Shown: piece by piece, positions 1-7,885 of the stretch
How the letters are laid out: each line of letters starts with the position of its first letter
How positions within the stretch are numbered: position 1 is the first letter of the stretch
DNA from: an uncultured Eubacteriales bacterium
GTDB taxonomy: Bacteria; Acidobacteriota; Aminicenantia; Aminicenantales; Saccharicenantaceae
Length of the DNA stretch: 64,000 nucleotides
NCBI GenBank assembly: GCA_964652895.1
Contig: CAZZCH010000003.1
Span: forward strand, 6,526-70,525
Reading direction: 5' to 3'
Translations under genes and position numbers: made by a program
The notes under the pieces: generated by a model
What the model was told of the DNA's origin: nothing
Seen by the model: only the letters and a program-made list of their open reading frames with translations
Databases searched by the model: none

Positions 1-182
1 TCCGAGTAGACGACGGCCATGGGGGTTTTCTTGTTCATCTGCTTGAGGTAGTAATAGCTCTCGGCGAAGGTGTCGGTCGGCGGGTGCATTCTCTTGTGGA
101 CCGCTTCCTTTTCCCGTTCCTTGTCCTGGCTCATGCGTTCCTTGATCTCGGTGAGATTGGGCCGGATCAGCTTTCTGTTCAT
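1..182 (-). CDS. hypothetical protein, N-terminal part only (runs off the window start)
   Basis: ATG at 182 on the minus strand is preceded by GGAGAA. It translates MNRKLIRPNLTEIKERMSQDKEREKEAVHKRMHPPTDTFAESYYYLKQMNKKTPMAVVYS and stays open to the window edge. It is not in the ORF track because it is truncated. A possible Sm/Hfq-like fold start cannot be confirmed from 60 aa. Confidence 0.35.
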   Translation of the reverse strand, partial: MNRKLIRPNLTEIKERMSQDKEREKEAVHKRMHPPTDTFAESYYYLKQMNKKTPMAVVYS

Positions 183-353
183 AGAAGCTTCTCCAATCGA
201 TAGGTTGGGTCGGAAAGGACACTCGTTGCTAAAGAGGATAGCACAATCATCCTACGATTGCAAGTTAAATTGTTGACAACCAAGGGGGAAAGGGGAGGAT
301 CCGAAGGCCGGCGGGGGGCCTCCAACGGCCCTCCGCCGGCAGGGGAATTCCGC

Positions 354-1928
354 TCAATCCAGGCCGGGGACGATCTCCGAGAGCTTGATATCCTTCGACT
401 TCAGGTTGGTGCCCATCGATCTTTCGAGCGAAGCCAGCGAGACATTGTAGGAAACGATGGCATTGAGCTCGGAGATGCGGGCGTTGGCCAGGTCCCGCTG
501 GAATTGAAGGACAAAGTAGTTGGTGCTCAGCCCGACCCGGCGCTTCTCTTCCTCGGCCGCGAGCTTCTGTTCGGCCAGCTCGCGGGCCGTCGTGTAGGCC
601 AGGATCCTCTTGTAGTTGGCCTCGACGGACCGGACGGCGTTCTTGATCTCGAGATAGATCTGCTCCTTCTGGTTCTCGAGCTCGAGCATGGCCTGCCGCA
701 TGTTGAGCCGGGCCTGGGCCAGGTTCGCCTTGGAGAAGATGTTGGCCAGGGGGATGCTGAGCGTCAAACCCAGGTTCCAGTTCGGGTACTTGAAGTTGTA
801 GGTCTGATTTAGGGCGCCGCCAATCCCGCCGGGGATGGTGCTGATGACGTTGCCCCCGAGCGGGCCGAGCTCGTCATAGAAGAGCTGTGTCCCGTCGATG
901 CCGGGGGCATATAACGCCGCCGTGAGGTTGAGGTCGGGCATGTTCTGGTTCTTGGCGTAGCTGAGGTTGAGTTTTTCCGTTTCGAGTCCGATCCGGGAGA
1001 TCTCGAGGTCGTTCCTGTTCTGGATGGCCGTGGCCAGGGCTTCATCGAGGTCGACCGTTTTCTGGACGTACGTGGGCTTGTCCTTGGGCACGACGGCCGT
1101 GATCCTCTTGTCCTCGTCGCCGGTGATGTTGAGGAGGAGCCGGAGCTGGTCCTCGTTGCTCTGGATCTGGGTTTCCGCCTGGATGAGGTCGGCCTCGCGG
1201 GTGGCCACCTCGGCCCGGGCGCTCAGGACTTCCATGGGGGCCAGAGTGCCGACCTCGACCGACCGCTGGTTCTTCTCGAGGAGGTCCTTGGCGAGCTCGA
1301 GGGACTGGCGGCGCACATCGAGGTTCTCGATGCTGTAGACGAGATTCCAGTAGGCGCTCTCGACGTTGTAGACGGTGTCCGACAGCGTCTTCTTGAGACT
1401 CTCCTCCGAGACCCCGAGGTTGTTCATGGCCACCAGGATCTCCCGGCGGGCCATTTTGAAGCCGAAGTTCCGAAGGAGGGGTTGGCTGAAATTGAATCGG
1501 ACCGTCGTCCCGTAACGGGGGTTGATAGTCTGGCCGATACGGTTGGTCGCCGTTTTGTAGCCCGTGAAGTCGAGGCTGAACGTGCCTCCGGTCGGCAGGG
1601 TTTGGCTAGCATTGAGGAACGTGAAATTCTGGGTCTTGTCGACGAGGCTATCGGCCGCGTCGAGGTAGGAATAGGAGGCGTTCTCCGTGCTTCGGCTGCT
1701 AGCGCTCATGCTCAACGTCGGGATGTATTTTTCCTGGGCTCGGGTGACACCTTCTCTCGAGATATCAGGGCCGAGGACCTGGATGGCGACACCCAGGTTG
1801 TCCTTGAGAGCCTTGATGATGCATTCATCGAGGGACAACGACAGAGTGCCGTTGGCGTCCTGGCCGAAGCCGGGGGCCGCCAGGACGAGGGCGAGAACCA
1901 TCAGGGGGAATAGGGCTTTTTTTCTCAT
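354..1928 (-). CDS. TolC-family outer membrane efflux protein
   Basis: This is ORF 354..1949. It has a signal peptide (MRKKALFPLMVLALVLAAPGFGQ) and two TolC-like repeat halves with coiled-coil segments. Start was chosen at 1928 because GGAGA lies 6 nt upstream. It is the last gene of the exporter block. Confidence 0.85.
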   Translation of the reverse strand: MRKKALFPLMVLALVLAAPGFGQDANGTLSLSLDECIIKALKDNLGVAIQVLGPDISREGVTRAQEKYIPTLSMSASSRSTENASYSYLDAADSLVDKTQNFTFLNASQTLPTGGTFSLDFTGYKTATNRIGQTINPRYGTTVRFNFSQPLLRNFGFKMARREILVAMNNLGVSEESLKKTLSDTVYNVESAYWNLVYSIENLDVRRQSLELAKDLLEKNQRSVEVGTLAPMEVLSARAEVATREADLIQAETQIQSNEDQLRLLLNITGDEDKRITAVVPKDKPTYVQKTVDLDEALATAIQNRNDLEISRIGLETEKLNLSYAKNQNMPDLNLTAALYAPGIDGTQLFYDELGPLGGNVISTIPGGIGGALNQTYNFKYPNWNLGLTLSIPLANIFSKANLAQARLNMRQAMLELENQKEQIYLEIKNAVRSVEANYKRILAYTTARELAEQKLAAEEEKRRVGLSTNYFVLQFQRDLANARISELNAIVSYNVSLASLERSMGTNLKSKDIKLSEIVPGLD

Positions 1929-1979
1929 GTTCATTCTCCTTGTCTTCAACCGGCGGCTCTCCGAGGAGAGGGCCGGAGT

Positions 1980-3224
1980 TTATTCGTACCTCAGGGCTTC
2001 GATCGGGTCGAGCCGGGAGGCCTTCCGGGCCGGGTAGAACCCGAAGAAAATGCCGATCGTCGCGGCGAAGAAGAAGGCCATCAGGACCGACTGGAGGGAG
2101 ACGACGGTATTGAACGAGGCGAACATCGGGATCTTCTTGATGAGCTTGGACGCACCGACGCCGAAGGCGATGCCGATGAGCCCGCCCATCATGCTGAGGA
2201 CGATCGCCTCGGTCAGGAACTGGAGGAGGATGTCCCGCTCGCGGGCGCCGACGGCCATGCGCAGGCCGATCTCCCGGATCCTCTCCGTCACGGAGACCAG
2301 CATGATGTTCATGATCCCGATCCCGCCCACGAGGAGCGAGATGGAGGCGATGCTCCCGAGAAGGACGGTCATCATCTGGGTCGCCTGGGCGGCCGACTCC
2401 GCGATCTCGGACATGTTGCGGACGGTGAAATCGTCCTCCGCGCCGGGGGCAATCCTGTGCCGGACCCGGAGGAGCTCCTCGATCTGGGCCTGGGCCTGCG
2501 GCATTTGGTCCGACGAAACCGCCCGGACATCGATCGACTGGATATAGTCGATCCCCTGCAGCCGCCGCATGGCCGTCGTGTAGGGGATGGCGATCATGTC
2601 GTCCCGGCTGCCGAACCCGCCCGACTCGCCACGTTTTTTCAGGACGCCAAGGACCTTGAACGGGATCTTCTTGAGCCGGATGACCTTGCCGACCGGGTCG
2701 TCGTCCTCGAACAGGTTCGTCTTGACGTCGGCTCCGAGGACACAGACCTTGGCCGCGGACCTGACCTGGTTCTCATCGAAATAGCTGCCAAACTCGACGT
2801 CCCAGTTGCGGACTTCCGGATAGCGCTCCCCCGTGCCCGATATCGAGGTGTTCCAGTTCTTGTTGCCGTAGACCGTCTGGGCCCGGGCGCTGACGGAGGG
2901 CGAGACGTACATGACGGACGGGCACTGCTGCTCGATAGCCTGAGCATCTTCTGCCTTGAGCGTCGTTCGGCTGCCCCACCCGCCTTGGACACCCCTCGAG
3001 CTCGCGCTGCCCGGCGAAACGAAGAGAAGATTCGTGCCCATGGAGGCGAACCGGTCTTCGATGCCGCGCTTGGCCCCTTCGCCGATGCTGACCATGGCGA
3101 TCACGGCGCCGACGCCGATGATGATCCCCAGGGCCGTGAGGAACGACCTCATCTTGTTGCGGGCCAGGGCCCGGAAGGCCACCCGGCACGTTCTGATACC
3201 GTGCATGAGGGCTCGTTTGATCAT
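1980..3224 (-). CDS. MacB/FtsX-type ABC transporter permease
   Basis: The 414-aa product has an N-terminal TM helix (FLTALGIIIGVGAVIAMVSIG), a large periplasmic domain, and a C-terminal FtsX-type 3-TM bundle (RIREIGLRMAVGARERDILLQFLTEA). Confidence 0.9.
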   Translation of the reverse strand: MIKRALMHGIRTCRVAFRALARNKMRSFLTALGIIIGVGAVIAMVSIGEGAKRGIEDRFASMGTNLLFVSPGSASSRGVQGGWGSRTTLKAEDAQAIEQQCPSVMYVSPSVSARAQTVYGNKNWNTSISGTGERYPEVRNWDVEFGSYFDENQVRSAAKVCVLGADVKTNLFEDDDPVGKVIRLKKIPFKVLGVLKKRGESGGFGSRDDMIAIPYTTAMRRLQGIDYIQSIDVRAVSSDQMPQAQAQIEELLRVRHRIAPGAEDDFTVRNMSEIAESAAQATQMMTVLLGSIASISLLVGGIGIMNIMLVSVTERIREIGLRMAVGARERDILLQFLTEAIVLSMMGGLIGIAFGVGASKLIKKIPMFASFNTVVSLQSVLMAFFFAATIGIFFGFYPARKASRLDPIEALRYE

Positions 3225-3258
3225 GATGAATTCTCCTTCGCGGACCTTCCCTCCCGGG

Positions 3259-3948
3259 TCAAGACCGCTCTTCCCGCGTGATGAGGCCGTCCAAGAGGTA
3301 GATCCGTTTCCGGGCGAAGGCAGCGATGTCGGGTTCGTGGGTGACCATGACCATCGTCATGCCTTTCTCTTCGTTGAGCGACTTGAAGATGTTCATGATG
3401 TCCGAACTCGTCTTGCTGTCGAGATTGCCCGTCGGCTCGTCGGCCAGGATCAGGGTCGGGTTGTTGAGGAGCGCCCGGGCGATGGCCACCCGCTGCTGCT
3501 CGCCGCCGGAAAGCTGGTTCGTCTTGTGATGGGCCCTGTCCTTGAGACCGACGGCGGCGAGCGAGGCCATGGCCCGCTCCGCCATGTCTTTGCCGTTCGT
3601 CGCCGAGTAGAGAAGAGGCAACTCGGTGTTTTCCAGGGCCGTCGTCCGGGAGAGGAGGTTGAAGCTCTGGAAGACGAAACCGATCTTCTGGTTCCGGATG
3701 CGGGCCAGCTTGTTCTTATCGAACTTGGAGACCTCTTCTCCATCGAGGATGTATTCGCCCGAGGTCGGTTTGTCCAAGCAGCCGAGGATGTTCATCAGGG
3801 TCGACTTGCCGGACCCCGAAGATCCCATGACGGCCAGGAAGTCCCCTTTCTCGATCGTGTAGGACACGCCCCGCAGGGCGTCGACGTGGGTCTCGCCAAT
3901 ATAGTAGGTTTTGGCCAAATTCCGAAGCTCGATAATATTTCCAGCCAT
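3259..3948 (-). CDS. ABC transporter ATP-binding protein (MacB/LolD type)
   Basis: Walker A is GSSGSGKST, the ABC signature is LSGGEQQRVAIARAL, and Walker B is LILADEPTGNLD. Confidence 0.95.
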   Translation of the reverse strand: MAGNIIELRNLAKTYYIGETHVDALRGVSYTIEKGDFLAVMGSSGSGKSTLMNILGCLDKPTSGEYILDGEEVSKFDKNKLARIRNQKIGFVFQSFNLLSRTTALENTELPLLYSATNGKDMAERAMASLAAVGLKDRAHHKTNQLSGGEQQRVAIARALLNNPTLILADEPTGNLDSKTSSDIMNIFKSLNEEKGMTMVMVTHEPDIAAFARKRIYLLDGLITREERS

Positions 3949-3973
3949 TATCGTTATCCTTTAGGCGCGGCGC

Positions 3974-5353
3974 TTACCGGCGGCCGCCGCCCATGAACAT
4001 CATCTGGTTCATCTGGGGCTGGTTCCCACCGGCCTTCGCGTTCGGCAATTCCGTCCCGATGACGACTACATCGCCTTCCTTGAGATCGCTGCGGAGGATT
4101 TCCGAGTAGCTCGTGTCGGAAACGCCCGTCCGGAGGAATGCCATACTCAGCTTGCCGTCCTTCCCCAGAAGCCAAACGCGCGGTGCCTGCTGGCGCGTCC
4201 GGCCGGTCTGGCCGTCGCCGCCGCCCGGCGCTCCCTGGCCTGCTCCTGCGGGCCTGGCCTGACCGCCGTTCCTGGACGGAGCGGCGCCCGCGCCCGGTGC
4301 TTCGGCCGCGCCCGGCTGTCCGCCCGGTGCCGAGCGCTGGGCCGTCATCCGGTCCCTCAGCTCCTGGGCCATCTTGGCGAGCTCTTCGGGGCTCAGGTTG
4401 GGGGTGAAGCGCAGGGCCGCGTTCGAAACCCGAAGGACGTCCTTGGCCTCGCCGACAATGATGGACACGGTCGCCGTCATGCCGGGAAGGAGCTTTTTCC
4501 CCGGATTCTCGACGTTGACGATGGTCGTGTAGGTGACGACGTTCTGGACGGTCTCGGGCGAGAATCGGACCTGCTGGACGACGCCGTTGAACGTCTCGTT
4601 CGGATAGGCCTCGACCGTGAACCGGGCCTTCTGCCCTTCTTTGACCTTGCCGATGTCGGACTCGTCGACGCTGCATTCGACCTTCATCTTGGTCAGGTCG
4701 GTCGCCACCTGGAACAGGAGGGGGGCCGTCATGCTCGACTGGAGGGTCTGGCCGACATTGACTTTCCGGACGATGACGATACCGTCGACCGGGGCCCGGA
4801 TGACCGCGTAGGACAGATCGACCTTGCTCAGGTCGAGCGTGCTCTTGGCCTGGGATAGGGTGGCCTCGGCCGAAATAAGGTCGCTTTTAGAGCCTAAATA
4901 CGAGGCCTCGGCCGCCTCCATCTCCTCGATAGAGACGAGCTCCTTGGCGAACAGGGACTTGGCCCGCTCGTAGCCTTTTTCGGCCTGGGATAGGGTCACC
5001 TTGGCCCGATCGAGGGAGGCCACGCGGCTCCTGTAGTTGGCCTCGTTCTGGTCGATCTTCATCTTCAGGGGTTCCTGGTCGAGTTCGGCTACGATTTGCC
5101 CCTTGGTGACGGGCGTATTGAAGTCAGCGTAGAGCTTTTCGATCTTGCCCGAGACCTGGGCGCCGACGTCGACGATCTCGATCGGGTTCAAGGTCCCCGA
5201 GGTGACGACGAGGGCCTCGACGTCGCCGCGGGCGAGCGTCTCGGTTCTGTACCTAATCTCGCCGTTCTTACCGCTACTGAACACCGTCAGGCCGAGAATG
5301 GCCCCGGCTACGACGACCAGGACTACGATGATCCAAATGGTTTTTTTCTTCAT
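3974..5353 (-). CDS. HlyD/MacA-family periplasmic adaptor subunit
   Basis: The product has an N-terminal TM anchor, a lipoyl/coiled-coil hairpin (KMKIDQNEANYRSRVASLDRAKVTLSQAEKGYERAK) and a beta-barrel domain. A G/A/P/Q-rich low-complexity insert spans aa 341-392. Confidence 0.9.
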   Translation of the reverse strand: MKKKTIWIIVVLVVVAGAILGLTVFSSGKNGEIRYRTETLARGDVEALVVTSGTLNPIEIVDVGAQVSGKIEKLYADFNTPVTKGQIVAELDQEPLKMKIDQNEANYRSRVASLDRAKVTLSQAEKGYERAKSLFAKELVSIEEMEAAEASYLGSKSDLISAEATLSQAKSTLDLSKVDLSYAVIRAPVDGIVIVRKVNVGQTLQSSMTAPLLFQVATDLTKMKVECSVDESDIGKVKEGQKARFTVEAYPNETFNGVVQQVRFSPETVQNVVTYTTIVNVENPGKKLLPGMTATVSIIVGEAKDVLRVSNAALRFTPNLSPEELAKMAQELRDRMTAQRSAPGGQPGAAEAPGAGAAPSRNGGQARPAGAGQGAPGGGDGQTGRTRQQAPRVWLLGKDGKLSMAFLRTGVSDTSYSEILRSDLKEGDVVVIGTELPNAKAGGNQPQMNQMMFMGGGRR

Positions 5354-5365
5354 GGCTTATCTCCT

Positions 5366-5821
5366 TTAGCACTCGCGGTCCGGCGGCTGCTTATCCGGCT
5401 CCCGCCGTTCGCGCGAATCGTTTCGGTTGGGACTCTTTCGATTGGGATCGTTCTTCCGCCGCTCATCCTGCTGGCGGATGATCTCTTCGTTTTTCTTCTT
5501 CTGTTCGGGAGTGAAGACCGCGTCCATCTCGGCCCTGAGCATCTTGCGGATCTCGCCGAGTTTGGCCAGCCCATCGGTCCGGTACTGTTTCATCCGCACT
5601 TCGTTCTTCTTGAAGATCTCGCGGATCTTCTCCTGCTGGTCCGGCGTCAGTTGGAGCTCCCGGGCCCAGCTCTCGAAAGTCGGATGGGACGACCGGTCCG
5701 GCTGGGGGCGGCGGGACGTCTTGTGGACGAAGTATCTCTCCCCCAGCACGCCGGCGGTGACACCAAGGCCGAAGACGACGAGGAGCGTCAGGGCGATAAG
5801 GATCTTGTATTTCGTCTTCAT
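5366..5821 (-). CDS. periplasmic LTXXQ-motif (Spy/CpxP-like) protein
   Basis: It has a signal/anchor helix and two LTXXQ-type motifs (LTPDQQEKIREIF and FTPEQKKKNEEII), followed by a highly charged tail. Confidence 0.6.
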   Translation of the reverse strand: MKTKYKILIALTLLVVFGLGVTAGVLGERYFVHKTSRRPQPDRSSHPTFESWARELQLTPDQQEKIREIFKKNEVRMKQYRTDGLAKLGEIRKMLRAEMDAVFTPEQKKKNEEIIRQQDERRKNDPNRKSPNRNDSRERREPDKQPPDREC

Positions 5822-6306
5822 GGTGTCGGCCTCCGGACCGGTGCCTTGTCATCGAGCGCGGCGAAAAGGAGCATCATGTTCCTTTCGTCCGGCTTTTCGA
5901 CATTGAAAATCTGTTCGGCCACGGTGATGGGGTTGGTGTTATTGATGAGCAGGGCCTCCGACGCGGTCAGCTCGCTGGCCGGCGGGGTGAAAAAGAGGGC
6001 CGCGCCGGCCACGAACACGATAGCCAGAAATGCCGGGATGGCCCGCAGGTTCCATCTTTCCCAGAAAAGAAAGGGCGCAATCTCTCGCTCCTCCCGAAGC
6101 CGGGGCTGGAGGCGCTCCCAAAAACGGGGCAGCGGGGCGGAGTCCTTTCCGTCCCGCAGAAGGGCGAGCATGGACCGGTATTCCGCCTCCGCCTTCCGGC
6201 AGGACGGACAGGCCTCGAGGTGTTTCCCGAGGAGGCCCGCCGAGCGCTCATCGAGCCGCTCGTCGAGGGACCGCAGGATCCGTTTTTCCGCCGTTTTACA
6301 GTCCAT
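5818..6306 (-). CDS. anti-sigma factor, zf-HC2 type
   Basis: The N-terminus has an H-x3-C-x2-C motif (GKHLEACPSCR), there is one TM helix (AIPAFLAIVFVAGAALFF), and the gene overlaps the upstream ECF sigma gene by 11 nt. Confidence 0.65.
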   Translation of the reverse strand: MDCKTAEKRILRSLDERLDERSAGLLGKHLEACPSCRKAEAEYRSMLALLRDGKDSAPLPRFWERLQPRLREEREIAPFLFWERWNLRAIPAFLAIVFVAGAALFFTPPASELTASEALLINNTNPITVAEQIFNVEKPDERNMMLLFAALDDKAPVRRPTP

Positions 6307-6871
6307 TTGCCCCTCCCTCTCTCAACAGATAAGGAGCCAGCTTTTTGCGGAGCATCCTCCGCGCCCGGTGGAGTCTGGAGTCCACGGTCCCCGGCGAAAG
6401 TTTGAGGGTCTGGGAGATCTGTTCGTAGGCCAGACCCTGGATGTCCCGGAGCGTCACGATGACCCGGTATTTTTCCGGCAGCCCCTGGACGAATCTCTGG
6501 ACGAGCGTCCGCCGGGCTTCTGTCTCCTGTTCCTGCTCGGCCCGTTCCATCTGCTCCCTGTTGGAGGCCGAAACTTCGGCGACATCCTCCAGCGAGACTT
6601 CCTTGACCCGGCTCTTTTTCCGGAGATAGTCCTTGATATGGTTGATGGAGATCCGGTAGAGCCATGTCCCGAACTCCGATTTTCCATGGAACCGGGGCAG
6701 GGCCAGGTAGGCTTTCAGGAAAATTTCCTGGGCCAGGTCGTCGGCCGCCTCACGGTTCCGGGTGAAACTCAAAGCCATGCTGAACACCTTGGACTGGTAT
6801 TTCGCGACCAGCTCCTCGAAGGCCGCCGGGCTTCCTTCTTGGGCCAGCTGGACAAGTTGTCGTTCTTCCAT
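6296..6871 (-). CDS. ECF-type RNA polymerase sigma-70 family factor
   Basis: Region 2 (DLAQEIFLKAYLALPRFHGKSEFGTWLYRISINHIKDYLRKK) and region 4 HTH (LAYEQISQTLKLSPGTVDSRLHRARRML) are both present. Confidence 0.9.
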   Translation of the reverse strand: MEERQLVQLAQEGSPAAFEELVAKYQSKVFSMALSFTRNREAADDLAQEIFLKAYLALPRFHGKSEFGTWLYRISINHIKDYLRKKSRVKEVSLEDVAEVSASNREQMERAEQEQETEARRTLVQRFVQGLPEKYRVIVTLRDIQGLAYEQISQTLKLSPGTVDSRLHRARRMLRKKLAPYLLREGGANGL

Positions 6872-7265
6872 TCAGATATGCTCACTTGTCCTCCGCACCC
6901 TATTAGACGGGGGGAGGGGCCAATTCTTCCCGGAGCCGGATCCTTTTCTTCAACGCCCGCCCTTCGGTTCCGGTTTCAACAGGGATAAAAGGGGGCTGAC
7001 CTCATCGCAGGGGGCCCGAAACGGGGGTGCCGCATCCCGGCCGGCCCTGGCCGACGGTTCCTATTATACAGGAAATCGACGGTCCCGAAAAATGCTCCTT
7101 CAGACCATGTCTTCCCAGCCCCCCCCCTAAGACCCCCGGCGACCGGGCCGGTCAAAGAGCCGCCGCAGGCTGGGATCCGGCAATAATGTCGGTTAGTCCA
7201 ACAAAATTGTCTGTTTTCCCCGAGGTGTATTTATATATCTTGTTTATTTTCTTATAGATAAGACT

Positions 7266-7281
7266 TGGCACGTAGCTCGCA
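7266..7281 (+). promoter_or_regulatory. sigma-54 (-24/-12) promoter candidate
   Basis: The sequence is TGGCAC-gtagc-TCGCA, with GG and GC separated by 10 nt. It lies 36 nt upstream of the ATG at 7318 and is preceded by an AT-rich tract at about 7225-7262. A sigma-54 activator is encoded at 10765..12156. Confidence 0.6.
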
Positions 7282-7317
7282 TTAGAGTTTGGCCTAAATG
7301 ACTTAGGAGGTCATAAG

Positions 7318-7812
7318 ATGAAAAAAGCATTCGCACTCGCAGTCGGGATTCTTCTCGTCGGCTTCGCCTTCGCGGCGGCCCAGGAGAAGACCCAGGAACA
7401 GACCCAGGCCCAAGCCCAGGTCAAGGCTCAGGTCAAGGCTCAGGTCAAGGCCCAGAACAAAGTCCTGACGAAGCCCGCTTATCAGCACAGATTCGGGACC
7501 CTTTTCATCGACGAGAACGGGGACGGCATCAACGACGCCGCCCGTGACGCCGATGGCGACGGCATCCCCAACGGCCAGGACGCCGATTGGACCCGGCCGC
7601 TCGACGGATCCGGCTACAAGGACCAGAATCGCGTCGGCCGCCCGGACGATACGGAAATGACCCAGGGCCAGAAGGCCGGACAGCTCACCAAGGCCAACTT
7701 CGGCAAGGGCTCCTTCCGGCAGGGCACGATGGCCGCCGGACGGACGGCCGGGATCGGAGTGTGCGATGGCACCGGCCCCAAGGGCGCTGTACAGAGAAAG
7801 GGCCGCCGCTAA
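7318..7812 (+). CDS. small secreted protein with (QVKA)n repeat and two EF-hand/TSP3-like Ca-binding loops
   Basis: AGGAGG lies 7 nt upstream. The signal peptide is MKKAFALAVGILLVGFAFAAAQ. Ca-loop motifs are DENGDGINDAARDADGDGIPNGQDAD, and the C-terminus is basic (CDGTGPKGAVQRKGRR). Confidence 0.7.
   Translation: MKKAFALAVGILLVGFAFAAAQEKTQEQTQAQAQVKAQVKAQVKAQNKVLTKPAYQHRFGTLFIDENGDGINDAARDADGDGIPNGQDADWTRPLDGSGYKDQNRVGRPDDTEMTQGQKAGQLTKANFGKGSFRQGTMAAGRTAGIGVCDGTGPKGAVQRKGRR
7417..7452 (+). repeat. 3 x 12-nt in-frame tandem repeat
   Basis: The three copies are caggtcaaggct, caggtcaaggct and caggtcaaggcc, and they encode (QVKA)3. Confidence 0.9.
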
Positions 7813-7822
7813 GATTGCGAAG

Positions 7823-7860
7823 AGCCTCCTCTCCGCCCTCGCGAAGAGGAGGCTTTTTTT
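7823..7860 (+). terminator. intrinsic terminator after the secreted-protein gene
   Basis: A 10-bp perfect stem pairs AGCCTCCTCT (7823-7832) with AGAGGAGGCT (7845-7854) across a 12-nt loop, followed by a run of 7 T. Confidence 0.75.
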
Positions 7861-7885
7861 CTTGAAAGATCGGGGGTTTTACATC

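Noticed and set aside
4178-4333. G/A/P/Q-rich low-complexity insert in the MacA-like adaptor (aa 341-392)
   Set aside because: It is in frame with no DNA-level repeat unit. It is most simply a disordered linker and not a separate feature.
5096-6988. 630-aa plus-strand ORF
   Set aside because: It lies antisense to four well-supported minus-strand genes: the adaptor start, the LTXXQ protein, the anti-sigma factor and the ECF sigma. The translation is R/G/P/L/D-rich with no domain pattern. This is a typical high-GC shadow ORF.
6872-6990. ECF-type autoregulatory promoter upstream of the sigma gene (GGAAGA...CGTCTA)
   Set aside because: The -35-like element lacks the critical AAC, and spacing and identity are only approximate. 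It cannot be supported by eye.
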